DNA of 64,000 nt from Octopus vulgaris (GCA_951406725.2 OX597833.1:17360001-17424000), one strand, 5' to 3'. Positions 30,804 to 46,036 are shown, numbered from the stretch's first letter. Translations and numbers: made by a program. The notes: generated from the sequence alone by a model not told the origin.

Positions 30804-31272
30804 ATATGTATATTCAGGTGCAAATTAATGCAAAAACCTATCTTGAAACAGTGAACCTGTAACTCAAGCTGTTTTATTTGTTCTCCATATGTCTGTTATT
30901 GCAGGGATTTTTTTTCGAGCCTTTTCGGTTTTTTGGATACGATATACAAGCATAATTCTTACAGTCTCCATCTGCTTTCCCTCTGAGCGATGGCATTAAA
31001 TGGACTTTAATAACATTAGAACCTGCCTTTTTTTATCAACTTTTACTTGTTTCAGTCATTAGTGTGCGGCCATGCTGTGGCACTGCCTCGAAGAATTTTT
31101 AATCCAATGAATCGACTCCAAAACATATTTATTTATTTGATTATTTTTGTAAGCCTGGTGCTTATTCTATCGGCCTCTTTGCCGAACCGCTAAGGTACGG
31201 GAAGGTAAACATACCAACACCGGTTGTCAAGCGGTGGCGAGGGACAGACAGACAGACAGGCAGACACACACA

Positions 31273-31314
<42 letters not shown>

Positions 31315-31958
31315 TACCTATACGTATATAGGAAAGGCTTCTGTCTGCCAAATGCTCTTTCAAGGCTTTGGTCGGCCTGAGGCTATAGTAAGAGACACTA
31401 GTCCAAGGTGCTGAACCCGGAACCGGGAGGTTGAGAAGCAAGCTTCTTACCACGCAGCTAACCCTACCCCTATATAGATGATATTTCTTTTACAATGTAT
31501 GTTTGAGAAGCAGATGTATTATCAATTGCACTCGCCACTGAAATATATTTTCGTTTTAGGCGGTGAGCTGGCAGAAACGTTAGCACGTCGGGCGAAATGC
31601 TTAGCGGTATTTCGTCACTCGCTACGTTCTGAGTTCAAATTCCGCCGAGGTCGACTTTACCTTTCATCCTTTTGGGGTCGATAAAGTAAGTACCAGTTGC
31701 GCACTGGGGTCGATCTAATCGACTGGCTTTCCCTCTCAAAAAATTTCGACCTTGTGCCTAGAGTAGAAAAGAATATTTAAGGCGGTGAGCTGGCAGAAAC
31801 GTTAGCACGCCGGGCGAAATGCTTAGCGGTATTTCGTCTGCCTTTACTTTCTGAGTTCAAATTCCGCCGAGGTCGACCCTGTAATCCTTTCGGGGTCGAT
31901 AAAGTAAGTACTAGTTGTGCACTGTGGCTTAGGATTAAACGATAAGGATATCGTTTAA

Positions 31959-32255
31959 TCATCATCATCATCATCATCATCCCCTTCGTCGTTTTCGTCG
32001 TCATCGTTGTCATCATCATCAACATCGTCATCGACTTTATCCTCCTCATCATCATCGTCATCGTCATCACCATTGTCGTAGTCATCATCAACTTTATTCT
32101 CCTACTCTTCATCCTCCCCCTCAACATCCTTATCATCCTCATCATCATCATCTTCATCATCATCCTCATCTTCATGACCCTCCTCCTCATCATCATTTTT
32201 ATCATTATCATCATCATCATCATCCTCATCATAATCATCCTCCTCATCATCATCA
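31959..32255. repeat. Degenerate (CAT/CCT/CGT)n trinucleotide tract
   Basis: Cryptic triplet repeat; reads as poly-D/E or poly-M depending on frame. Confidence 0.85.
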
Positions 32256-32873
32256 AATGCTTGAGGGGGTGGAGCTTGCACGTATGCCCCACGTGTCAAG
32301 AATAGACTAGACATGCACGCATATACGAATGTTTCACGGCACATCTTCAGCCACGATCACTTTTACTCACTTCCGCCGCCCGATGCCTTCGCTCCAAACG
32401 ATACGATGCAAAATGCACATCACCAACACCGAACACCACAGAATGTTTTGAATTATAAGATACTCAGCTTTCATGGGAGCCGCAAAAGCTAAGATGTAAC
32501 TCGCTCCAACCAACTGCCCTACATTATCGGTTATGTTTAACATATGTTATCTCGATTATGTTGGCCAAGCTATTTACCAACCAACTACATACAATCAGGT
32601 TTTTGCTGTTGTACAACAGTTTACAAACACAGATGCACATAGACACATACAGACACTCACGTGTTACTGTAATATATTAGCATATATTAACGTGATACAC
32701 GCATACATGTATTAAGTGACATTTGTGCAAGTGTAGGAGAAGATTGTACTTTCTGTAAACAGTTCTTATAAATATGACTGAATCTGGTTTTTTGATAAGA
32801 AAAAAAACAAAAACCTACGGCATGCTGAAGTCTGATGTATTACTCACTCAACTAGAAACATTCAAGGTGCATG

Positions 32874-32908
<35 letters not shown>

Positions 32909-33048
32909 TAACACTTGCACACACATACGCACATATGTGTGTGTATGTGTCTATGAGTAATAACAGAGAATGCCTTAGTCATTGTCAAAGACAAAATGTC
33001 ATATTTCTGACCTATTACAGTAATATCATGTGTAAATATGTATGCACG

Positions 33049-33157
<109 letters not shown>

Positions 33158-34483
33158 AGGAATACAAAAAATGGGACAAGGAATACAAAAAATGGGACAT
33201 CCAGACAGATTATACAATAGGGGGACAAGAAAAAACATGGATAATATATATATATATATATATATATTATCCATACGTCACTGGTGCCAAGCTGTATTGG
33301 CCTTTGCCGTTCCCTTGGATAACATTGGTTACGTGGTGATAGGAGGTTGGTATACATGGACAACTGTGGGTCTTCCGTAAACAACCAAGCCCGGACTTGT
33401 GCCTTCGAGGGAAACTTTCTAAGTGTAATCCCATGGTCATTCGTGACTGAAAGGTATCTTTACCAATTTATACATATAATATTTTCAGGATCCAATCGAA
33501 CCAAGATATCAACGTTGGGTCGAGGATTACGCACCAATGTACTAACAGCGTGTGCTGACATATACGTACTTACCAAAGTAAATACGGTGTTGTCCATTCA
33601 ATTATGCACATATTGTAAGTAATGGCAGATTACACAACGTGTACGCAAAGTTATGCACTCACAACACATATTCAACAGTCGACTATAGACTCCAGATCCA
33701 ACACAGAGAAGGCTCCAGGTGTGGTACCGTATAAACAATAGCACGGTTTGTTTGAGGTTCACTACAGCTGTTTCAGGCATGTTATTTATTAATGAACATC
33801 ATGCGAAAAAAATTATTTTCTTCAGAAAAGATTTTTTTTTTTTTTTAGCATGATGTAACATTTTTGTTCATCAATGAAGATAACACGTAGGGCGGCGAGC
33901 TGGCAGAAACGTTAGCCCGCCGGGCGAAATGCTTAGAGGCATTTCGTCTGCCGTTACGTTCTGAGTTCAAATTCTGCTGAGGTCGACTTTGCTTCCCATC
34001 CTTTCGGGGTCGATAAATGAAGTACCAGTTGCGCACTGGGGGTCGATATAATCGACTTAATCTCTTTGTCTTTGTTTGTCCCCTCTGTGTTTAGCCCCTT
34101 GTGGGTAGTAAAGAAATAGGTATTTCGTCTGTCTTTACGTTCTGAGTTCAAACTCCGCCGAGGTCGACTTTGCTTTTCATCCTTCCGGGGTCGATAAATT
34201 AAGTACCAAAGTCGGTGATCTGGCAGAAACGTTAGCACGCCGTGCAAAATGCTTAGCAGTATTTCGTCTGTCTTTACGTTTTGAGTTCAAATTCCGCCGA
34301 GGTCGACTTTACCTCTCATCCTTTCGGGGTCGATAAATTAAGTACCAGTTACGCACTGGGGTCGATCTAATCAACTCCACCTCGCCAAAAAATTTCAGGC
34401 CTTGTGCCTTGAATAGAAAAAAATAAAGATAACACACATCTGAAACAGCTGTAGTGGACCTCAACCCATCTGTGTTATTGTTT

Positions 34484-34517
<34 letters not shown>

Positions 34518-34869
34518 TTATATGTGTAAACATTGTAATCTAGTGATATACAAATATATATCGGGTCATAAACATAGAAATTCATCATATGTATATGAAA
34601 TATATCCGATAGCTAGGTCAGAAAATACACGCAAAATTCTTAGTCAGTAGCATACAACAATTTAATCGACGAGCTACAAATATCACCACCAAATACTACA
34701 CCAAATTTGTTGTTGTTGCTGTTGTATTTACAGTTTATCTTGAAGTCAATCTTCAAAATCCCATGATGAAAGCAGTGATAACTCCGTTTATTTATTTATT
34801 TATTTAATTATTTATTTAGTTATTATTTTCAGGAATAGTTTATCTTGAACTACATTTTATAATGTTTCA

Positions 34870-35621
34870 TATTTCTTTACTGCCCACAAGGGGCTAAACA
34901 CAGAGAGGACAAACAAGGACAGACAAACGGATTAAGTCGATTATATCGACCCCAGTGCGTAACTGGTATTTAATTTATCAACCCCGAAAGGATGAAAGGC
35001 AAAGTCGACGTAGCGGCAGACGAAATACCTATTTCTTTACTACCCACAAGGGGCTAAACACAGAGAGGACAAACAAGGACAGACAAACGGATTAAGTCGA
35101 TTATATCGAGCCCAGTGCGTAACTGGTGTTTAATTTATCGACCCCGAAAGGATGAAAGACAAAGTCGACGTAGCGGCAGACGAAATACCTATTTCTTTAC
35201 TACCCACAAGGGGCTACACACAGAGAGGACAAACGAGGGCAGACAAACGGATTAAGTCGATTATATCGACCCCAGTGCGTAACTGGTATTTAATTTATCG
35301 ACCCCGAAAGGATGAAAGGCAAAGTCGACGTAGCGGCAGACGAAATACCTATTTCTTTACTACCCACAAGGGGCTACACACAGAGAGGACAAACAAGAGC
35401 AGACAAACGGATTAAGTCGATTATATCGACCCCAGTGCGTAACTGGTATTTAATTTATCGACCCCGAAAGGATGAAAGGCAAAGTCGACGTAACGGCAGA
35501 CGAAATACCTATTTCTTTACTACCCACAAGGGGCTACACACAGAGGGGACAAACAAAGACAGACAAACGGATTAAGTCGATTATATGGACCCCAGTGCGT
35601 AACTGGTATTTAATTTATCGA
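34870..35621. repeat. Tandem array of a 160-bp SINE-derived unit (about 4.7 copies)
   Basis: Units start at about 34870, 35030, 35190, 35350 and 35510; the ORF track shows the same 160-nt period (35152, 35312, 35472). Confidence 0.9.
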
Positions 35622-36803
35622 CAAGGCCTGGAATCTGGGGGAGGGGAAGTCGATTTCATCGATCGCAGAACTCAACTGGTACTTAATTTATCGACTCCAA
35701 AACGATGAAAGGCAAAGTCGACCTCGGCGGAATTTGAACTCAGAACGTAGCGGCAGACGAAATACCGCAAAGCATTTCGCCCACCGTGCTAACGTTTCAG
35801 CCAGCTCGCCGCCTTACATTTTATAATGTTTCAGTCATTGAACAATGGCTATGTCTTCAAGTGTTAAGTCAAACGAATCGACCCCAGTACTTTCTTTATA
35901 TATATATGTCAGGTACTTATTCTATCAGGGGTTTTTCTACTGAACCGCTAGGTTACGAGAAGGCAAAGAAATCAACGTCGGTTGTCAAGTAATAAAGGCG
36001 ACAAACATGAAACCTTACACACACACACACACACACACATACGATGGGCTTCCGCACAGTTTTCGTCTGTCAAATTCACTCACTAGACATTGATCAGCCT
36101 GGAGTTGTAGAAGAAAACACTTGCCCAAGGTGTTGTGCAGTGGGACTGAACCCGAAACCGCGTGGTTGTAAAGCGAACTTTTTAAATAATTTTTACTACA
36201 GCCCCGGGTCAACCAATGTCTAGTGAGTGAATTTGGTAGACGGAAAGCGTGTGGAAGCCTGCTGTATATGTGTGTGAGTGTGTGTATTTGTGCTAGTGTA
36301 TGTATGTGTGTGCGTGTGTTAGTGTGCATGTGTTAGTGTGTGTTTGAGTGTATGCATCTCACCACCGCTTCACAACCGGTGTTGATTTTTTTTTTATCTT
36401 CCTTTAACTTAGCGGTTCGATAAAAAGTCATGCTTAGACCTAAAGAGATTTCGTTGTTTTTTTCTCGCAGGTCAAGCGGCAAAACAGAAACGCCCTCCTT
36501 GGCTCATCCACATCAGTATAGACTGTATCTAGGCAAGACACAGCAAAGCGTTGAAGCCGAGATATGAACTGTAGACAGCCTTAGCTGCTCGTGATATTCA
36601 TATGTACATCACTACTTCTCAATCATCGTTTCAACCGGAAAGTCCTAGCTCTTCAGACTCCGCCCTGACTGGCTTACACGCAGCCGTTTATCAGATTGTA
36701 TTCAACGACTCTGCTACTTTGCTTTACCACACATTAAACGTATAAAGACGAAGAGGGGGTGGGGGGAAATGTGTAGAAGCACTTACTGCAGAAGAGAGAG
36801 AGG

Positions 36804-36855
<52 letters not shown>

Positions 36856-36954
36856 GAGAAGGAAATAAGAAAGGAAAGAAAGCAAAAAATTAAGCACAGA
36901 TCTACACACCACGAGAAAAAAACATTTTCCATATATATGTGCGTGTATATATAT

Positions 36955-37043
<89 letters not shown>

Positions 37044-37188
37044 TGTGTGTGTTTATATATGCATCATATGTTTACACACGCACACACATATTGTATGCAT
37101 GTATGAATACATATCTATGCATATATATGTGTATGTAGATAGACTGATAGGGTTGTATATATATATATATATATATATTTATCATAAG

Positions 37189-37262
<74 letters not shown>

Positions 37263-40077
37263 ATATATATATACACGCACACATGTATATGTATCTAATA
37301 AATATATATATATATATATATATGATATATGTATATTTATACAAATACATATGTATTTACATATACATTTACACATATTCGTACATACATGTATGTAGAT
37401 GTATATATGCATGAAAGTATGTATGTGGGTATATACATATACATATAAAGAGAGAGAGAGAGAAGGAGATACAGTCGGTCGGGCAGGCAAGCAGGCAGAG
37501 CGATAGAGAGAGAAACAACCGTAGTATATACATACAAACAAGTGCATGAGAAGCAAATAAAACAAAATAGAAGCAAAGCAAAGCGCTGATAAAAACCATG
37601 TTTCTCAGCGTTTCTTCTATGTGTGTATCAATTACACAGGAAGTCCGAAGCACATGTAAGGACAGATCTGTAAAGATAGTGAGTGATAAAGACTAAAATT
37701 GGCGACTGACAAAATACACAATCTCGCAGGATCAGACACTTAGACGATTACCAGATGCAATAACTAATGGTGACAGCAGGCGAGTGAACAGACAAAGAAA
37801 TTAATATTCGAAATGCGAAAGCTTATATTTATAGCAGAGTTTAAAATAAGTTGCTGAGACGTTTTAGGCCTTACTTAAAGGCTGGCATTAAATGCTTTGG
37901 TAAAATGGTTCTGGGTGATAATTAAACTAGGATGTGGTCCCGGTGAGATGATATGTTTCCAGCAAGAGCTGTTGTCTAAGTGGCACTATATTTTCTCGAG
38001 CAAATCGATGCGCTGGGTCTAATGATATTTGTTAACATAACATACACATAGATTAGAACGGAACCCGCAGAGTCGTGAGGCCACCAGGCAAGCAGGCAAC
38101 TGCGCAGTATAGCCTTGCGTTAAGACAGTACTTTTTTCCACCCGCTAAATCTGACCACTAATCTCTCTACCAATAGTGGTTTCAAATATTAGCATAATGC
38201 CAGAGATTTTGGGGGAAGGATTAAGTCGATAACATCGATCCCCCCAGTGCTCAAACTAGTCCTTATCTCTCTAATAGTGTCTCAAATTTTGGCATAAAGT
38301 CAGAAATTTTAGATGGGTGGGATTAATCGATTACATCAGTTCCAGTAACTGGTACTTAAATGGTACTTTATTTTATTGACCCCGAAAAGATGAATGGTAA
38401 CATTGGCTCTTGGCAAAGTTGGCCTTTGAATTCAGAATGTAAAAAACCGAAAAAATTGCTGCAACATATTTTGTCCGGCGTGCAAACAATACTGTTAGCT
38501 CCCTGTTCTTTTGTTTTAAATTTTGAGAGAAACCCCGCATTAACCTCGGTATTTGACTAGTATTTAATTTTGTCGACCCCCGAAAAGATAAAAGTAATGT
38601 TGACCTCGACGTTATTTGAACTCAACGTAAAAGTATCTAAGGAAATGCTGCGAAGCATTGTTTTACCGACGCGCTAACGATTCCGCCATCTCGCCTCTTT
38701 CCTAAGCTCTCTCTTAATATAATTTCTTCCCACTGCCATTAAAATCAGAAATATGTCAAGATGACGGTTCAAATGACTCCAGTATATACCTGGTACATAT
38801 TTCTTTGACTCCGGATGACTGCAGGACAGAGTGAGTCTGTTTCAAGGCATCAGCAGGGAAAAATCAGATGTTCTCATAAGTACGAGTGTGGAATGAGATA
38901 AAAGCGTTGACCAGGTGGACTCGCGTTTTCTCGAAATACCTGCATTCTATCTTTTATTTGTTTCAGTCCCTGGACTGCGGCCATGCTGGGGCACCACCTT
39001 GAAGGATTTAGTCGAACAAATCTATCCCAAAGTACTTATGTATGTTTTGAAGTTTAGTACTTATTCTATCAATTTCTTTTTTTGCCAACTGCTAAGTTAC
39101 GGGGGACCTAAACAAACCAAGAGCAGTTTTAAAGCGGTAACGTGGGTACGTAACAACAGGCACGAATATACACACACACTTGCACGCATGCACACGCACA
39201 CATGCACACACGCACACACACACAAACACACGTATATAGTTTCTTCTACCAAATTCGCTGACGAGATATTTGTTGGTCCGGAGTTATAGCAAAAGACACT
39301 TGCCCAAGGTGCTGTACGGTAGGAGTGAACCCGAAACCAGTCTGGTGCAAAGCGAGCCTCTTAAACACACAACTCTGCGGGCGCCTAAATATTTTTATTT
39401 AACATTTAAATAATTCCTTTGGTATTTGAAATTGTCTTTTCTGCATTTTCTTGTTCCGTTCATGCAAAGATTGCTTAGTTAAAAAAAAAAAAACTCTCTA
39501 GATCGTGTCGAATTTGATTCTACGGATTTTTCAATTTCCAGATATAGTTGGATAGTCTGGTAGGGTTACATTTCTCTTTATTTCTGAAAGACGAAATATG
39601 ACTGAAGTAACGGTTTTTGAAATACTTAGTCTCAGCATTTTGATGTAGTGGCGTGGAATGGATGATATATACAGCAATCCTGCATACAATCATAAATTAT
39701 ACGCAAAGAACATGCTATAGATATAGAAACTTAAAGTTAAGGATCGGTATTTATCCCCAACTAATATAAAATAATAAGTGGCTGTGTGGTAAGAAGCTTG
39801 CTTTCTAACCACATGGTTCAAGGTTCAGTCCCACTTCGTAATCATGGGTAAGTGACTTCTGCTGTAGCCTCGGACCGAAGGTATATATATATACCTTCAC
39901 AATTATATATATATATACATACATACATACATACATACATACACACACATATATATACAAAAGCAGGAAGAGTTGCACACAGGTAGAAAGCTAACGAGAG
40001 ACAGAGAAGTACATGCGTGTTCGTGGTTATTTGAGTGTGTGTGCGTGCAAGCGTGTGTGTGTGTGCGTGTGTGTGTG

Positions 40078-40116
<39 letters not shown>

Positions 40117-40607
40117 CCGCCACAGAATTTCTTTCCTCAGCCGATAAGCTCAAACACACACACACACACACACAAATTTATGCCTGCGTACCTATACGTA
40201 TTTATAAAACGTGCTTGCATATAGGAGCGTGTAAGTGCGTCTCACTGCGAAGGCCTCCACGTATACACACACACACACACACACACACACCACGATTCTG
40301 AGTGTACCTGTACACACATCCAATTTTAACTGCAACAGTATGTAATCTGTTCCTCTCTGGCTGCTCTACTGTAAATCATAATCACATCCCTTCACCTCAA
40401 CGATATATATTTATCTCTTAAACCTTCAACTATTTTAATTGTTTCTGCAACTCATATATCTCTGAGGAAGTTTTAGATTCTGTTTCCTCTCGTTGCCAGC
40501 AATCCTAAGTTAATATACATATATCTATATGCATCTGTCTGTGTGTATATCTATTTGTATATGCATATGTGTCTATATAAATATATACATATATATATAT
40601 ATGTATA

Positions 40608-40653
<46 letters not shown>

Positions 40654-41135
40654 ATGCATGTATGTGTGTCTATGTATGTATATGTGTGTGTATGTATACA
40701 TGTAAGCTTCTGTGTCTGTGTCTGGGTGTGTATGTGTGTGTATATATATATATGTATATATATATATTTATATATATATAAATATATATATATAAATGCA
40801 TGTGTCTATGTGTGTGTATGTATATATGTATAAGTCTGTATGTAAGCTTCCGTGTGTGTGTGTGTATGAGTGTTTATATGTGTGTGTATATATATATGTG
40901 TATATATATGTATAAGCATATGTGTATATATATATATATGCATTATGTATGTCTATGTGTGTATATGTGTGTGTGTGTGTGTGTATGTATACATGTATAA
41001 TTGTCTGTATGTAAGCTTCTGTGTGTGTGTGTGTGTGTGTGTACTACAGTTGAGTGTTTACATACATTTGTACATAATCCAGCATTTAGATATGTGCAGT
41101 ACGCGAAATATTGCGTAGGCACCACACACACACAC

Positions 41136-41177
<42 letters not shown>

Positions 41178-41596
41178 ACACACTCACACACACATACATA
41201 CACATGAACAAACACATATAGACAGGAAGTTATTGTATACTACTACTACTAGTTTGCTTATACTCTAGATACATACATACATACATACATACATACATAC
41301 ATACATACATACACACACACACATACATACACACACACATATATGGGTAGGGATACCCCACTATGGCCGTATGGTAATGTCTGACACGAATAAGAGAATA
41401 AAAATATTTATATATCTGTTTCTGAAAGAATTTAAATATTTTCTACATTCTCTTGACGTATACATGTACGAATACTACTTAAACACGCACGCTTTCACGC
41501 ACACATACTATCATATGTACACATTTACACACATACACACATACACTCACACGCACGCACGTACACTCAGTCAAAAACGCGTATTCCCCTTGAATA

Positions 41597-41673
<77 letters not shown>

Positions 41674-41980
41674 AGAGGCGCAATGGCCCAGTGGTTAGGG
41701 CAGCGGACTCGTGGTCGGAGGATCGCGGTTTCGATTCCCAGACCGGGTGTTGTGTGTGTGTTTATTGAGCGAAAACAGCTAAAGCTACACGAAGCTCCGG
41801 CAGGGGGTGATCGTGACCCCTGTTGTACTCTTTCACCACAACTTTCCCTCACTCTCTCTTCCTGTTTCTTGAGTAACGCTGCGATGGACTGGCGTCCCGT
41901 CCAGCTGGGGGGGAACACATACGCCACAGAAACCGAAAAACCGGGCCCATGAGCCTGGCTAGGCTTGAAAAGGGCGCATA

Positions 41981-42029
<49 letters not shown>

Positions 42030-42253
42030 CATGCATACATGCATGCATGTATGTATGTATGTATGTATGTATGTATGTATGTATGTATGTATGTATGTAT
42101 GTATGTATGTATGTATGTGTGTGTGTGTCTATGTAGCAAGCATGTATATTGAGAGGGCATATTTATGTACCTACATATAGATACTTATGTATGCCTATGT
42201 GCATGTGTGTATAAAATATGCATGCATATATACGTATATATATATATATATAT

Positions 42254-42294
<41 letters not shown>

Positions 42295-42402
42295 TACGTA
42301 TATGTATATTTAGATAGATAGATAAATAGATAGATAGATACATATATATATATATATATAGATAGATACATAGATAGATATATAGATAGGTAGGTAAGTA
42401 GG

Positions 42403-42498
<96 letters not shown>

Positions 42499-43825
42499 AA
42501 CATGTCTGGATATTTACACACACACACACAAGCACACACACACATAGATACATACAATTTGCCAAAATACCCATAAACAGTCGAAATGAAATATACCCTT
42601 GCAAACATCCAGCATACATCCTACTCCGTGTTTGCTTCATCATTATGAAGAACACAAAATATTCGTACGCAGGAATGTATATTTGTGATCACCGTGTTTA
42701 AAACGCCAAACGTACATATAACAAATGTAAAATGACATGCATGAATATGCCGAAAATATATTAGAAGGGTGTTGAAATCTGGAAAGAATAAGTTCTGAGA
42801 ACTAAAGAATTGTTGGGGCATCAAAGAAGGTCCCTTCCTGTGTTAGCTTTCTTCTGTAATAGTCTTTCATTCCAAGGATGTCTGTGCCCTATATTTGTTC
42901 CCTATAATCTATCAACTAAAAATAACCAAGAAGGAACGCTAATATTTTTAACTCCTAGGGTGGCGAACGTTGGTCCCGGGTTCAGTCCCACTGTGTGGCA
43001 CCTTGGGCAAATGACTTCTACTATAGCCTCGGTCAGGATGACAAAAGCCTTCGGGTAGACGGAAATTGTAAGAAGCCCGTCGTGTATGTATGTATATGTA
43101 TGTATATGTATGTATATGTATGTATAACATACATATACGACGGGCGTGCGTTCCATGGAATCAAGGGAAACAATGCTTCCCTTAAAAATTATAGAAACAA
43201 TATTGAAACTACATTATTTTTCATACGATCGTTTTAATATTCTGTAAAATTAGATCGTTCTTCTAATGTTCTGTAAAATTAATATAAACTACATGACAGC
43301 ATAGGCATCAGACTTTTGTCGGAATTACCATAAGACGACAAGCAGAGGCAAGATGATACAAGAAAATTTGTGCAAGGGAAGCAACACGAGCTGTTGTATC
43401 CTTTTCGGTGTAATATTTTAACATTTTTTCCGATAAAAAATGCCACAAAGACAATTTTTTCTAGTAAGAGCTGATAACGAATAGTTTTAGAATCTAATAA
43501 ATACTTATACACTTAGATTAAGTTTCTGTCAACTTGCAATACCTGCAATACACTTACATAGGAAAAAGGAAGCAAGTTGACACTCTGCTTCCATCAGAAA
43601 AACGGTGATTGGATAACGTGCGTTTCAAATAATATTTTATACTTTTTCAATTTACAGAGCACCCTTTTTTTTGTTCATTGTATGGCCCATAGATTAAATC
43701 TAGTTCTGTCTCAAGCACCTGCAAATATTCAAGAATGCAATGTTTTTTTTTTTTGTTTTTTTTTCACAGATAAAGGCTTTTTCGTTATTTTTTTGTAAGT
43801 CGACCAAACGTGTGCATCTATTAGA

Positions 43826-44202
43826 GTGGAGGCGCAATGGCCTAGTGGTTAGGGAAGCGGACTCGCGGTCATAGGATCGCGGTTTCGATTCCCAGACCGG
43901 GCGTTGTGAGTGTTTATTGAGCGAAAACACCTAAAAGCTCCACGAGGCTCCGGCAGGGGATGGTAGTGATCCCTTCTGTACTCTTTCACCACAACTTTCT
44001 CTCACTCTTACTTCCTGTTTCTGTTGTACCTGTGTTTCAAGGGCCGGTCTTGTCACTCTCTGTGTCACGCTGGATATCCCCGTTAAGGGTACACGTGTCT
44101 GTGGAGTGCTCAGCCACTTACACGTTAATTTCACGAGCAGGCTGTTCCGTTGATTCGGATCAACCAGAACCCTCATCGTCGTAACCGACGGAGTGCTTCC
44201 AT
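43826..44202 (+). mobile_element. tRNA-derived SINE inserted into the hAT transposase
   Basis: tRNA-like head with A/B boxes (tggcctagtggtt, ggtttcgattccc); 11-bp TSD catctattaga at 43815-43825 and 44203-44213. Confidence 0.85.
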
Positions 44203-44730
44203 CATCTATTAGATACTGAAAACTGAAATTAATAAGCGTTTTCCAAAAGTGGCGCCAACTCGCTGGAAGTTAAATCATTCGTTGGTAGAAACAGTTCGTG
44301 AATATCATGAGCAACTTCCTGATATATTTCGAAGCATCACTGAAAATTCAAGTAAATGGGACACGGAAAGCTATACCAATGCTCTAGCGTTGTATTCTAA
44401 TTTACAAAATTGTGAATTCAGTTTTTTGTTAAATGTGTTTGGAGATATTTTTATTTACACAAATGTATCATTTGACATCCTCCAGAAAAAAAAACTATTT
44501 GACGTATCCTACTGTATTCGTAAAGTAAATGAAAATGTGAAAGCTTCGAAAGAAAAAAAAAAGCATAAATTTTCCAAATTTTGTGCAAACGTTGATGGCA
44601 TTTATCCTCAAATAAAGAAAAGAAAAGAAACATTCGAAACAAAAGAATAAAGATACAGACCGCTGTTCTACAAAATTATAGATTTAATTTGCGAGCAATT
44701 GAGATACGATTTCAAAATGTAAATGAATTA

Positions 44731-44988
44731 CCGTAAATCCTCGAGTATAATCCGCATTTTCCCCCAAAAAATTTAAAGGTTAAAATACGAGGTTATAAAT
44801 GAAAAATATTTTCTAAGCAATGTCCGTGACTTTATTTGTTGTTCGGCAATGTTTATTCAGACGCATTTTGACTCAAGTTAGAGAAGGGGTACGTATTATA
44901 CACAAGGCTTAGATTTTTCAGAGGTACAGCCCCCTAAAAATCCCCTGCGTATTATACTCAAGGGCGGACTATACTCGAGAATTTACGG
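44731..44988. mobile_element. pogo/Tigger-like MITE with TA target duplication, nested in the hAT remnant
   Basis: TIRs ta|ccgtaaatcctcgagtataatccgc and gcggactatactcgagaatttacgg|ta. Confidence 0.8.
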
Positions 44989-45822
44989 TACATTTGTCAG
45001 CGCTTCTCCATCAAATGAGACAAAATAACGACGTCCAGGAAACATCTCTAACTTGCCTTAAACATTTTAATAGAAACCATTTCGACAGTCAAAAGTTAAG
45101 AAGCGAACTTACTGCCTTGTACAAAGATGCTGAACTAAAAGGAAAAACCGTTCAAGATTTACTTTACATTCTGCATAATAGTGGATTAGATGAAGCTTTG
45201 TCCCAATTAACGAAGCTTTGTGAATTAATATTATTACTACCAGCAACAAGCGCTACAGTGGAACGCTCCTTTTCATACCTAAGGAGAATTCATAATTATA
45301 CAAGAAATTCGCTGGGATAAGATAGGTTGAGCAGTTTAGCTCTAATTAGCATAGAAAAAACCGTTTTAAAATTCTCAATGAAATAAAGACTGATGATCAA
45401 AAATATTGGTTTCAAATTTTGGCACAAGGCCAGCAGTTTCGGGGAAAGGTGCTAAATCGATTACATAGATTCCAGTGCGTAACTGGTATTTATTTTACCG
45501 ACACCGAAAGGATGAAAGGCAAAGCAAACCTCGGCAGAATTTGAACTTAGAACATAAAGATGGAGGAAGTGGTTAGAGTATTCGGTTTACGATCCTAAGG
45601 CCATGAGTTCAATTCTCAGCGACGCGTTGTGTCCTTGACCAAGGCACTTTATTTCACACAGTCCCAGTCCACTCAGCTGGCAAACATGAGTAGTACCAGT
45701 AATTCAAAGGGCCAGTTTTGTCACATTCTGTGTCGCGATGAATCTCCATGAGAACTACGTTAAGGGTACGCTTAACTGTGGAGCACTCAGCCACTCGTAC
45801 GGTCATTTCACGAGCAGGCTGT

Positions 45823-46036
45823 TCTTGTTGTTGTTGTTGTTGTTAAGCAACAAGACAGGTAAGGGTGATTAAGTGATGGTCTCGGGCTTAGGGGCGGGAG
45901 ACCCCAGACCTTGGAAAACAAAAACTTTGATCGTCTTATTGTAGTCGGGGGCTCTTCGTTGACGCCCGACACCACTGGGATGTGGCCCTCGAAATCGCTG
46001 GAAATGGAGATCCCCAGGTCCAAATTCTTGAACGGC
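45823..46036 (-). mobile_element. 5'-truncated retroposed fragment with (CAA)n tail, inserted into a SINE
   Basis: 15-bp TSD tcacgagcaggctgt at 45808-45822 and 46037-46051; the (ttg)n at the left end is a (CAA)n 3' tail on the minus strand. Confidence 0.75.

Larger units (their letters stand above)
43141..45400 (+). pseudogene. Decayed hAT transposase (ZMYM1/hATC type) interrupted by a SINE and a MITE
   Basis: Fragments FVHCMAHRLNLVL (CxxH motif, about 43670-43710), APTRW (44249 onward) and the hATC dimerisation motif LLPATSATVERSFSYLRRIHNYTRNSLG*DRLSSLALISIEK (about 45230-45360), with stops and frameshifts. Element ends are approximate. Confidence 0.85.

Noticed and set aside
31777-32344. 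Acidic D/E-rich or Met-rich ORFs on the Neto strand
   Set aside because: Degenerate triplet repeat ending in an in-frame stop or running into a SINE. The flanking exons already join into a contiguous CUB domain.
34870-35621. CRISPR-like regular repeat
   Set aside because: Whole units are repeated with no unique spacers, the unit is SINE-derived and the context is eukaryotic.
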